A DNA stretch of 32,000 nt from Candidatus Saccharimonadota bacterium. Lineage in GTDB: Bacteria > Patescibacteriota > Saccharimonadia > Saccharimonadales > UBA4665. Positions 9,964 to 17,764 of this stretch are shown piece by piece. The DNA lies in contig CP023991.1 of the NCBI GenBank assembly GCA_003516025.1, forward strand, positions 841,374-873,373. Reading direction: 5' to 3'. The position numbers were made by a program, and so were the translations under genes. The number at the start of each line of letters is the position of its first letter. Within the stretch, counting starts at the first letter, position 1. The notes beneath the pieces are model-generated. The model worked only from the letters and a program-made list of their open reading frames with translations. It searched no databases and was not told the origin of the DNA.

Positions 9964-10528
9964 TTGTGTTGAGTTGTTTATTTGTTTAGACGAACTATTT
10001 TGATTTTAGTTTTGCGGTAATGTATTTTTACCAACTATTTGTTTTGTCTAAACTCCCTACTATTTTCTCTTTTTACCATAAGAGGTACAACCCTCTTATG
10101 GTGTGAGATCATATGGATAAACTATTGACAAAAACACTACAGAATACACAATATAATGTTGTTTTTAAAGCTACAAATATTATGTAAACAGTTTATAACA
10201 GAGAAAAGTATTAAAATAATCATAAAATATTTCTACTGGTATATGATGTAATTATTATTACGATAATATTTTTCTTCAATAATTCCTCTGAGTTATCCAC
10301 AGCAATATTGTTTTCGCCCTGCTACAGGTATCAGTTGTAAGCGCAGATTCGTCAATTAAAGAACCTTTATCCAAGTACAAGGCGTCTCGCACCGTGCCGT
10401 TAAACAACCATTTTCTACCAGCTCTATACTGATGTTGCTAGCCACGGCCATGAAATTAAGACTCGACTTATATTGATCGGAAAATCATGTGGAGTGGCTA
10501 TGAGAGCAATCCAATTCATAACAACGCG

Positions 10529-12634
10529 CTAGTAGTTACTGGCATACAGGGCTTTTATTTCATCACTCGACAGTTCACGATCATAAATTCTGAGTTCATC
10601 TATACTGCCTTGCCATACATTTGTACCAGTTACCCATGATCCTATCCTCGCGTTGCTTAAAACAGTAGTGAATGTTTGCGTTCTCGATACACGAAATATG
10701 CTGTCCACATATACTCTCATGATGATGCCATCGTAGGTAACACATATATGGCGCCACGTATTATTTGACCATACACCGGAAGAGTATCGTTCGTCAGTTC
10801 CGGTACCATCGCCAACAATGAGAGTATCACCGTCCTGGGATACACGAAGCCCATCAGAACCTTCAACGTCGCCATAGTAAAACATAGTTCTTTTAGCAGA
10901 CCCTGACGCATCCGTGGTCATACCCCAGGCGCATACGGTTCGAGCTGCAGCTCCTACTGGAAACGGCGTAGCATTTGTGAGGGCTATATAATTCGAAGAT
11001 CCACTAAAGTGGTAGGAGCTGTTGGGCCTAGCTTTCCTGTCGGGCGCAAGAGTCGCTCCGCTAACGGTACCGTTATTTGAGTACGGTGTCGCGTCACGTG
11101 CATTACCGCTGAACGGCCAGTAGCCCACTAGACCGGCGTTGATATTGCCAGGCGTAGTGTCCGTAGGTGATGAATTAAGATTGATTTGAGAGTTGTAACT
11201 TTTAGCCTGAACCGATACTTCGCTCGCGGTCAGTGCCCGATTATATGCTCGGACGTCATCAATGGAACCGTCAAAGAACCAGTTACCAAAGCCACCTGAA
11301 CCGATACCAAGCACATTGTTATAGGAGCGCATTGTTGATGGCCCCGTTGCCGTGCCCATTGAAACACCATCAATATACAGTGTCATGGTACGCGCCGCAT
11401 ACGTTGCAGTTACCAGATGCCACTTATTTTTATCAACTGTCGTTGAGCTTACTGCTATGCTCGAAGAGCCAGTGGCGGGCCATATTTCAAAATAATAACC
11501 GTTTGCGTTTGCCATAATGCCACTATTGTATCCCTGCTTACCGACAGCAACCCCACTTGTGCCACCCTTGAGCCACGCCGACAAAGTCCAACTCGCCGAT
11601 TCGCTGCCTTGCATAAGTATGGGATTGTTAAAGTTATCTATCTCAATGTAGTCTGATGTTCCGTTAAACGACATCGCGCCATTCGCCTTTCCGCCACGGT
11701 CCATGACGTTAGAGGTGCCCGTTACAACTCCTTCATTGCCGTACGGAGTATTATCTTTAGCATTTCCATCGAGTTTCCACTGCCCGACGAGCCCGTTTTG
11801 GCCGCTAGCAGCCTGAATACCGGGATCATATTGCTCATACAATTGCATGATTTCTGTATTTGAGAGTACCCGGTTATATATACGAACATCGTCGATAGAT
11901 CCAATGAAATTATCACCGCCGGTGCAAGCACTGGTTGTCGACTCACCGCCAATACAGGTAGGATTACTTTTGGTATACCGTACAGTAGCCCCGCCGTACG
12001 AGTCTGATCCTGCGAGTACTCCATTAACATACAGAGCGATGTTATTCCCATCATAGGTACCAACTATATGCGACCATGTACCATTGGCTACGAGCGACCG
12101 CGCAGCACAAGCTTTCCGGTAACCGCTGCTGGTGCTCACGATAAAAGCTAACTGATATGCTGCGCACTGATCAGCCGTGGAACCGGTAGTAAACAGCGCA
12201 TAACCTCCGGACTCAGTGGTGGATATAATTTTTTGTTCGTTGTTAGTAGCGTTAGACACATTAATCCAGGCATTTACGGTTATATTACTCTTAGGTTGAA
12301 GGGTGTCCGCAAAGGGGATTGAAATATAAGTACCCAAGCCGCTGAATGAGTACGCGCTGTTAGCGCCGCCCTTACGATCGGAAGCCAGTGTCGCTCCGCT
12401 TACCGTGCCATCGCCACTGTTAGGCGTGAAATCTTTGGCATTACCATTCATTTTCCACCAGCCAACCAAACCGCTTTGCAGGTTAATACTATCAGTCGAT
12501 GACGTTAACGTACTGCCTCCTAGCGCAGCGTAAGCACCACCACCAATACAGCCAACCACCACTACGCCCAGCGCAACGAATAATATGGTTTTCTTAGTGG
12601 GGCGCCCAAAGATTGAGCGTAAGCGTCTTGACAT
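10529..12634 (-). CDS. Membrane-anchored protein with three LamG / concanavalin-A-like lectin domains (701 aa from the ATG)
   Basis: The ORF track starts at a TTG at 12652. The first ATG (MSRRLRS...) is at 12634, followed by a TM helix (ILFVALGVVVVGCIGGG). Three modules each begin GLVG[WQY]W..(N/D/S)GNA(K/R)D.TP and each end GSID(D/E)(V/L)R(I/A)Y(N/D)R.L(S/T), the hallmark of Laminin_G_3-type domains. Confidence 0.8.
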   Translation of the reverse strand: MSRRLRSIFGRPTKKTILFVALGVVVVGCIGGGAYAALGGSTLTSSTDSINLQSGLVGWWKMNGNAKDFTPNSGDGTVSGATLASDRKGGANSAYSFSGLGTYISIPFADTLQPKSNITVNAWINVSNATNNEQKIISTTESGGYALFTTGSTADQCAAYQLAFIVSTSSGYRKACAARSLVANGTWSHIVGTYDGNNIALYVNGVLAGSDSYGGATVRYTKSNPTCIGGESTTSACTGGDNFIGSIDDVRIYNRVLSNTEIMQLYEQYDPGIQAASGQNGLVGQWKLDGNAKDNTPYGNEGVVTGTSNVMDRGGKANGAMSFNGTSDYIEIDNFNNPILMQGSESASWTLSAWLKGGTSGVAVGKQGYNSGIMANANGYYFEIWPATGSSSIAVSSTTVDKNKWHLVTATYAARTMTLYIDGVSMGTATGPSTMRSYNNVLGIGSGGFGNWFFDGSIDDVRAYNRALTASEVSVQAKSYNSQINLNSSPTDTTPGNINAGLVGYWPFSGNARDATPYSNNGTVSGATLAPDRKARPNSSYHFSGSSNYIALTNATPFPVGAAARTVCAWGMTTDASGSAKRTMFYYGDVEGSDGLRVSQDGDTLIVGDGTGTDERYSSGVWSNNTWRHICVTYDGIIMRVYVDSIFRVSRTQTFTTVLSNARIGSWVTGTNVWQGSIDELRIYDRELSSDEIKALYASNY

Positions 12635-12650
12635 ATACCATAAGCATAAC

Positions 12651-12684
12651 AAAAAAGCCCCTCGCTTTCGAGAGGGGCTTTTGC
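12651..12684 (-). terminator. Rho-independent terminator downstream of rplU
   Basis: The minus strand reads GCAAAA-GCCCCTC-TCGAAAGC-GAGGGGC-TTTTTT. This is a 7-bp GC-rich stem (12657-12663 pairing with 12672-12678), an 8-nt loop and a U6 tract. A T4 on the other side makes it potentially bidirectional. Confidence 0.75.
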
Positions 12685-12699
12685 TTACAGGTATAAAAC

Positions 12700-13008
12700 C
12701 TAAGCTATTTTGGTAACCTTGATGGTTGCGAGGTGCTGGCGGTGGCCGCGGACCTTGTGGACGCGCTTTTTCGCCTTATAACGGATGCTGGTAACCTTAT
12801 CGGCTTGGCGGTCCGCCTCAACGACATCAGCGGTAACTGTAGCACCGGCTACAGATGGAGTACCAACACGCACATTATTCCCGTCAATCACCAGGAGAGG
12901 TTCAAAAGTAACCTGCTTGTCGTCAGTATCGAGGAGTTCGACGTTTAAAGTCTGACCTTCGCTGACGAGATATTGTTTGCCACCAGTGGCAATGATTGCT
13001 TTGCTCAT
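12700..13008 (-). CDS. rplU: 50S ribosomal protein L21
   Basis: A 102-aa ORF, MSKAIIATGGKQYLVSEGQTLNVE...KVRGHRQHLATIKVTKI. It has the typical L21 N-terminal (GGKQY) and C-terminal (GHRQ) signatures and the typical size. Confidence 0.9.
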   Translation of the reverse strand: MSKAIIATGGKQYLVSEGQTLNVELLDTDDKQVTFEPLLVIDGNNVRVGTPSVAGATVTADVVEADRQADKVTSIRYKAKKRVHKVRGHRQHLATIKVTKIA

Positions 13009-13079
13009 TGTTTACTCGTATTACTTGTTATTAAAGACCAATATATCTTATCAGATACGGTCTGCTCTGTAAAGTAACG

Positions 13080-16079
13080 CTATACCTTGGCCAGCGCTAC
13101 GGCCAGGTCAATACCATCAACTCTGACGTCAGCGGCGAAGCCTTCTGCCGCCGCTGAACCGTCGGTTACCAGTTCGTTGGCTAGCGTTTCCGCCTTAATG
13201 GTTTCTGCATGCTCGGCGATAGCCTGGGCTAATTCCGCGTCATGCGTATCAAGCTTGAGTGTAATTCGGTCATTAACATTCAGCTCAGCCTGCTTACGGG
13301 CGTTTTGCACCTGGCGCACGACTTCACGCATTTGGCCCTCACGTTTTAGCTCAGGGGTAATGTTCAAATCGAGGGCAACCGTATCGCCATTTTCGGTATA
13401 TTGCTGATCCCAACGCTCTTTCATGCCTTGCTGAGCTTCAATATCGCCCATTTCACCAATTACAGCTTGCTTAACATTCAGCTCGTCAGCCATAACCTCC
13501 TGTAGGAATGGAGTATATGGTTCCGCACCGTGCTGCACCGTCGCGACGGCAAGCGCTAACGGTTGACGGACCTTAATACCTGCTTTAGCACGCTGTGCCA
13601 AGCCCTGCTTTATTTGCTCACGCGACCAGTACATGGCATCGAGCAGTTTACCATCAATGTTACCGGCCTTCGGCCAGTCCAGCAAATGGACGCTCTCGCC
13701 AGCCTCGCCGCCGGTCAATTTCAGGAACAACTCTTCTGCCAGGAACGGGGTGAACGGCGCCATGATCTGGCTCAAATGCAGCAGCACGTAATGCAGCGTG
13801 CGGTAGGCGTCATTTTTGTCGTTATCGTCCTCGCTCTTCCAGAAACGGCGGCGGCTGCGGCGAACATACCAGTTACTCGCATCGTCCAGGAACGGCAGGA
13901 TCGGCTTGGTGGCGTTCGGAATATCGTAGCGCTCCATGTTAGCCTGGATGTCCTTGTTCAACTGGTGTACCCGGGACACGATCCACTGATCAAGTGGATT
14001 ACTCAGGCTGCTTGATGGGTCGTCGAAACTACCATCCCACTCCCAGCCATCCACCTCGGCGTACAGCGTAAAGAAGTCGTACATATTCCAAACCATGCTC
14101 AGCTTACGGGCCACGTCGCCCACTTCTTTGTCTTTAAGCACGACGTCTTCGGCGTTCAGGACCGGTGAGCTAATTAACGTAAAGCGCAGCGAATCAGCAC
14201 TGAATTTATCCATCAGTTCGTTGGGGTCGGTGTAGTTTCCTAAAGATTTACTCAATTTGCGGCCGTCCTCACCCAGTACCGTACCGGTTGTAATGACATT
14301 CTTGTAGGCGTTATGGCCGAACAGCGCCGTGTTAACGGCATGTACGTAATAGAACCAGGCGCGCACCTGGCCGACGTATTCCACAATGTAGTCGCCTGGG
14401 AACGTGCTCTCGAACTTTTCTTTATTCTCGAATGGATAATGATGCTGCGCGAACGGCATCGAGCCGCTTTCGAACCAGCAGTCCATCACCTTGTCGATGC
14501 GCTTGTAGTGGACGCCGTCCAGGTCAAACTCAATGTCATCAACCCACGGCCGGTGGTAATCGGCCAGTTCCTCGCCGGATAATTCTTTGAGTTCGGCGTA
14601 CGAACCGACAACTTTCACATGTTCCGTGCCGTCAGCATCCCTACCTTTCCATACCGGCATAGCCGTCGCCCAGAAGCGGTCACGGCTGATGTTCCAGTCC
14701 GGAGCCGTTTCTACGGTCTTCTGGAAGCGGCCATGCTTGAGATGTTCCGGGAACCAGTTGATGTTCTCATTCTCGTCCAGCATCATCTGGCGCTGACCAT
14801 CGATATCGACGAACCAGCTCGGATGCGCCCGATACATCAAACGTGTACCGCAGCGGTAACAATGCGGATAGGAGTGCATAATGTACTCAATTTTCCAGAC
14901 GACACCCCGCGCTTTTAATTCCTTGGCAATTGGCTTGTTAGCTTCCCATACATTTTGGCCCTGCCATTCACTCTCGCTATAAAAGCCGTTTTCATCGATA
15001 ACCGAGACAAATGGGAAACCTTTTTCTTTGGAAAGCGCGTAATCCTCTTCACCATAAGCCGGTGCTAAATGGACGATGCCGGTACCGTCTTCGGTAGTAA
15101 CGTAATCGGCATGCCAGACTTTATGGGCGTTCTGGTTTTCCGGAGTATTGCGGTCGGCAAATAACGGCTCGTAACTCTTACCGACCAACTCGCCGGCATC
15201 AACCGCCCAGCTATCCAGATATGGAATTGGCTGGTGTTTCTCATCGGTAAAGACCTTGGCGGCCAATTTAGCAGCGACAATCAGGTTTTCGTCCTCGAAT
15301 TCGTACGCCCAATAATCCTCATTCTCGTCGAGCGCCACAGCTGTGTTAGCCGGCAACGTCCACGGCGTAGTCGTCCAGGCCAGCAGGTATACAGGCTTGG
15401 TGTTCGGTTCGCCCGGCAAAGTGTAGTCCTTGAGCTTAAACTTCACGAATACGCTTGGGTCAGACACGTCTTTATAGCTGCCGGCGTCCATGGTAACTTC
15501 CGCTTTAGACAGCGGCGTTGCGTCGCGGGTGCAGTATAGCAGCACGCGTTCACCCTCGTAGATCTTGCCTTTGTCGTACAGTTCCTTAAAGGCCCACCAG
15601 ACGCTTTCCATGTAGTTTTTGTCCATGGTTTTGTAAGCACCGGCAAAGTTAACCCAGCGGCCAATGCGGTCGATGGTGTCTTCCCATAAATTACCCGTTT
15701 GTACCATGTTTTCGCGGCAGGTGTTGATGTATTCCTCAAGCGAAATTTTAGTACCGATGTCACGGCGGTCCTGGATGCCTAGTTTTTTCTCAGTAAAGAC
15801 TTCCGCCGGCAGGCCATGGCAGTCCCAACCCCACACGCGCTCCACGCGTTTACCCTGCATCGTCCAGTAGCGCGGTACGACATCTTTAGCGATAGAAGAC
15901 AACAGTGTACCATGGTGCGGCACGCCGGTAATGAACGGCGGGCCGTCGTAAAAGACATACTGATTGTCCTTGGAACGGTTATTAACCGATTTTTCAAAGG
16001 TCTTGTGCTCTTTCCAGTACTGCACCAGGTCTTTCTCGTATTCCAATGCCCGGCGGCGGGTTCCTGATTGAAACTTCAT
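13080..16079 (-). CDS. ileS: Isoleucyl-tRNA synthetase (type-2-like class I aaRS, 999 aa)
   Basis: It has a HIGH-type motif (PPFITGVPHHGTLL) and a KMSKS motif (KLSKSLGNY). The N-terminus (YEKDLVQYWKEHKTFEKS) and the WNISRDRFW segment resemble IleRS rather than ValRS or LeuRS. A strong SD is present (AAGGAGTAAACATG). The amino-acid specificity is inferred from motif similarity, supported by the upstream T-box-like leader. Confidence 0.8.
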   Translation of the reverse strand: MKFQSGTRRRALEYEKDLVQYWKEHKTFEKSVNNRSKDNQYVFYDGPPFITGVPHHGTLLSSIAKDVVPRYWTMQGKRVERVWGWDCHGLPAEVFTEKKLGIQDRRDIGTKISLEEYINTCRENMVQTGNLWEDTIDRIGRWVNFAGAYKTMDKNYMESVWWAFKELYDKGKIYEGERVLLYCTRDATPLSKAEVTMDAGSYKDVSDPSVFVKFKLKDYTLPGEPNTKPVYLLAWTTTPWTLPANTAVALDENEDYWAYEFEDENLIVAAKLAAKVFTDEKHQPIPYLDSWAVDAGELVGKSYEPLFADRNTPENQNAHKVWHADYVTTEDGTGIVHLAPAYGEEDYALSKEKGFPFVSVIDENGFYSESEWQGQNVWEANKPIAKELKARGVVWKIEYIMHSYPHCYRCGTRLMYRAHPSWFVDIDGQRQMMLDENENINWFPEHLKHGRFQKTVETAPDWNISRDRFWATAMPVWKGRDADGTEHVKVVGSYAELKELSGEELADYHRPWVDDIEFDLDGVHYKRIDKVMDCWFESGSMPFAQHHYPFENKEKFESTFPGDYIVEYVGQVRAWFYYVHAVNTALFGHNAYKNVITTGTVLGEDGRKLSKSLGNYTDPNELMDKFSADSLRFTLISSPVLNAEDVVLKDKEVGDVARKLSMVWNMYDFFTLYAEVDGWEWDGSFDDPSSSLSNPLDQWIVSRVHQLNKDIQANMERYDIPNATKPILPFLDDASNWYVRRSRRRFWKSEDDNDKNDAYRTLHYVLLHLSQIMAPFTPFLAEELFLKLTGGEAGESVHLLDWPKAGNIDGKLLDAMYWSREQIKQGLAQRAKAGIKVRQPLALAVATVQHGAEPYTPFLQEVMADELNVKQAVIGEMGDIEAQQGMKERWDQQYTENGDTVALDLNITPELKREGQMREVVRQVQNARKQAELNVNDRITLKLDTHDAELAQAIAEHAETIKAETLANELVTDGSAAAEGFAADVRVDGIDLAVALAKV

Positions 16080-16090
16080 GTTTACTCCTT

Positions 16091-16357
16091 ACTAGATAGT
16101 TAAAAACAAAAAATCACCTCTTCTGACTGTCAGAACTCATGAAATCCGGCGTATGCCGGACGAGATGAGCGGTACCATCTGACTTCCAAAAGAGGTGACT
16201 CTTATATGGCGCTTAGTTGTAGGCGTAACGGGCCACTGCCGTCGGATTCTACTTTTCGAATAGATGAACTATGCGAATTTCTTTCCGCTCCGTATCCGCG
16301 TTGCTTTCAGCGGATTGGTGGGTGATAGCCACTCATAACGGATGTACTTAACTGTAC
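16091..16357 (-). promoter_or_regulatory. T-box-like riboswitch leader of ileS
   Basis: The minus-strand leader runs about 270 nt between a good promoter and the ileS SD. It contains AGAUGGUACCGCU (plus-strand coordinates 16169-16179), which matches the T-box core GGUGGUACCGCG. The UGGUACCG sits as a 5'-side bulge between two helices (UCAGA/UCUGA and CUCAU/AUGAG), the geometry of a T-box antiterminator. UGGU would pair with the ACCA-3' end of a tRNA with discriminator A. An F-box-like CCCGUUAC lies upstream. AGUCAGA is duplicated, so UUCUGAC has two alternative pairing partners. The structure is followed by a U6 tract. I could not assign the specifier codon; AUU and AUC candidates exist. Confidence 0.6.
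16108..16198 (-). terminator. Long composite hairpin plus U-tract at the 3' end of the ileS leader (putative T-box terminator/antiterminator domain)
   Basis: The outer 9-bp stem pairs UCACCUCUU (16190-16198 region on the minus strand) with AAGAGGUGA (16114-16122), immediately followed by UUUUUU (plus 16108-16113). Inner helices are UCAGA/UCUGA, CUCAU/AUGAG and CCGGC-AUAC-GCCGG. Confidence 0.5.
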
Positions 16358-16363
16358 CCTGTT

Positions 16364-16392
16364 ATTGTACGGTAAATAACCGCTTCTTACAA
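16364..16392 (-). promoter_or_regulatory. Sigma-70-type promoter for the ileS leader
   Basis: The minus strand reads TTGTAA (16387-16392), a 17-nt spacer, then TACAAT (16364-16369). The position is right for a leader of about 270 nt. Confidence 0.45.
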
Positions 16393-16396
16393 CAAC

Positions 16397-16666
16397 CTAG
16401 GTCGCGTAGGCGTAGGAGGCGACTTCGTCAATAAGCGGCAGTTGCTCGCCCTGCCATTCCTTTACCAGGCTGCCCTCACCGGTCATGGCTAAGATTGCCG
16501 GGTGATGCATGATGTCATACAGACTGGCTATGGCTATGCCTTCCCGGCTGTCCACGTTGAGCAGCTCCACTTTAGCGTCCGGGTTACGATTTTTAAAATC
16601 ATGCATGAAAGTTTCGACCGCTCGGGCATGTTCCGAATCCGGTCGGTAAAGGATTAGCAATTTCAT
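16397..16666 (-). CDS. Small (89 aa) hypothetical protein, possibly thioredoxin-fold-like without a CxxC motif
   Basis: An ATG-initiated ORF whose composition is typical of the flanking genome. The pattern KLLILY...VELLNVD...HHPAILAMT..GSLVKEW suggests a beta-alpha-beta thioredoxin-like topology with a conserved Pro, but there are no redox cysteines. The fold assignment is a guess. Confidence 0.5.
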   Translation of the reverse strand: MKLLILYRPDSEHARAVETFMHDFKNRNPDAKVELLNVDSREGIAIASLYDIMHHPAILAMTGEGSLVKEWQGEQLPLIDEVASYAYAT

Positions 16667-16980
16667 AATCTCAGTGTACCATAACCATCTTCAGCTAATC
16701 ATGTACTTGTCATTAACATAATCATGAAAAACTACCAGCTTTACACCTACATTCATTGCTTTTTTACTGTTTTTATGTTAATGTAATATGGTTTCGTCGA
16801 GTGCGTCCCGTCTACATGCCTCTTGAGGTATTTTTGCTGGTTGAGGCAACTCCGAAGCACATTAACAGCAAGTTTTTGTTACGTTACGTTTACGACCGGA
16901 CATGCGCCCACTTACCGGCAAATGAGTGTGTTCCCGGCCGTAAACCTTCCCTCCTCCCGACACTTCCTGAAAGGCATCCA

Positions 16981-17382
16981 ATGTTCTCTCCTGGAATCGT
17001 TCCCTTCCTGTCCAGCATCATCGTGTTCACCGCGACCCTGGTCGTTGCTTTTCTGTACGGGCGCGTCAAGCGCATGCCCAATGAAACGGAGACGACGCGC
17101 ACCGTCCTGGCATGCCTGCGAATCGCCTTCCCGGCCGTTGGCATCCTGCTCCTGGTATTATCGAGAAGTCACACCAGCTCCGTCCAACCAGCGACTGATC
17201 TTGATCTGTTCGCCCTGGGTGCGGGACTGGTGGCTATCTTCCTCGCCATCATCGGCGCCCACATTGCCGGAGCCGAGTCGCTCAGCCTGCGGACCACCGC
17301 TTCGCGCGTCTGGATCGCTGTCGGCTGTACCGCCGCGTGTTTTCTGATGGCGATCGGGATCTGGTTCATCTACACCGTCTAG
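16981..17382 (+). CDS. Hypothetical polytopic membrane protein (133 aa, about 4 TM), first gene of the high-GC cassette
   Basis: The first ATG inside the GC-rich part of ORF 16756..17382 is at 16981 (MFSPGIVPFLSSIIVFTATLVVAFLY...). There are four hydrophobic segments. Third codon positions are mostly G/C, unlike neighbouring genes. The stop is TAG. No family was recognised. Confidence 0.6.
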   Translation: MFSPGIVPFLSSIIVFTATLVVAFLYGRVKRMPNETETTRTVLACLRIAFPAVGILLLVLSRSHTSSVQPATDLDLFALGAGLVAIFLAIIGAHIAGAESLSLRTTASRVWIAVGCTAACFLMAIGIWFIYTV

Positions 17383-17431
17383 ACCGCTCTGTTGTCCTTC
17401 CCCGCAACCACCACAGAGTTAGGAACTCACC

Positions 17432-17719
17432 ATGTCCCTGTCCTGGACATTCGTGTTCTGGATCGCCAGCGCAGCAGTGTTCACCGGATTTGCCTGGCAC
17501 TTCTACATGAAGTCCGCCGAGGTGACCCCGGAACGATTGGACCCCACCGTGGGCCGAGCGATTTTCTGCGCGAATGGAAGCATCTTCTGCTTCACCTGGT
17601 CCATTCTCACCCTGAACGAAGCAGGCAGTACCGCGGCGTTCTTCGCCATGGTCGGCGTGCTCCTGGCAGGTCTGCTGGTCCAGTGGTTGCTCAAGCGGCA
17701 CATCACCGCCCCGCGCTAG
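17432..17719 (+). CDS. Hypothetical membrane protein (95 aa, about 3 TM), second gene of the high-GC cassette
   Basis: MSLSWTFVFWIASAAVFTGFAWHFY... has three hydrophobic helices. Reading the codons gives a GC3 of about 80%. An AGGAA lies upstream of the ATG. This frame is preferred over the overlapping antisense ORFs because of its G/C-rich third positions. Confidence 0.6.
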   Translation: MSLSWTFVFWIASAAVFTGFAWHFYMKSAEVTPERLDPTVGRAIFCANGSIFCFTWSILTLNEAGSTAAFFAMVGVLLAGLLVQWLLKRHITAPR

Positions 17720-17764
17720 CACAGGCAGTAAACCAACGACTGACCCCCTAAGGAGAACCGTTCC

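Noticed and set aside
16878-16895. A ttacg-rich short tandem (gttacgttacgtttacga) at the left edge of the high-GC cassette, and a similar cttacggttactacgg at 18588-18603. These were considered as possible flanking direct repeats or att sites.
   Set aside because: The similarity is short and imperfect. The right-hand copy lies beyond the nrdJ terminator, next to the nrdJ stop codon. This is not convincing as a target-site duplication without comparison to an empty site.
16756-16980. The N-terminal 75-codon extension of ORF 16756..17382. A possible TTGCTT-N17-TAATGT promoter lies at 16756-16784.
   Set aside because: The extension is AT-rich and unlike the rest of the ORF in composition, so the ATG at 16981 is the more plausible start. 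The promoter-like hexamers are weak, and I did not consider them well enough supported to list as a feature.
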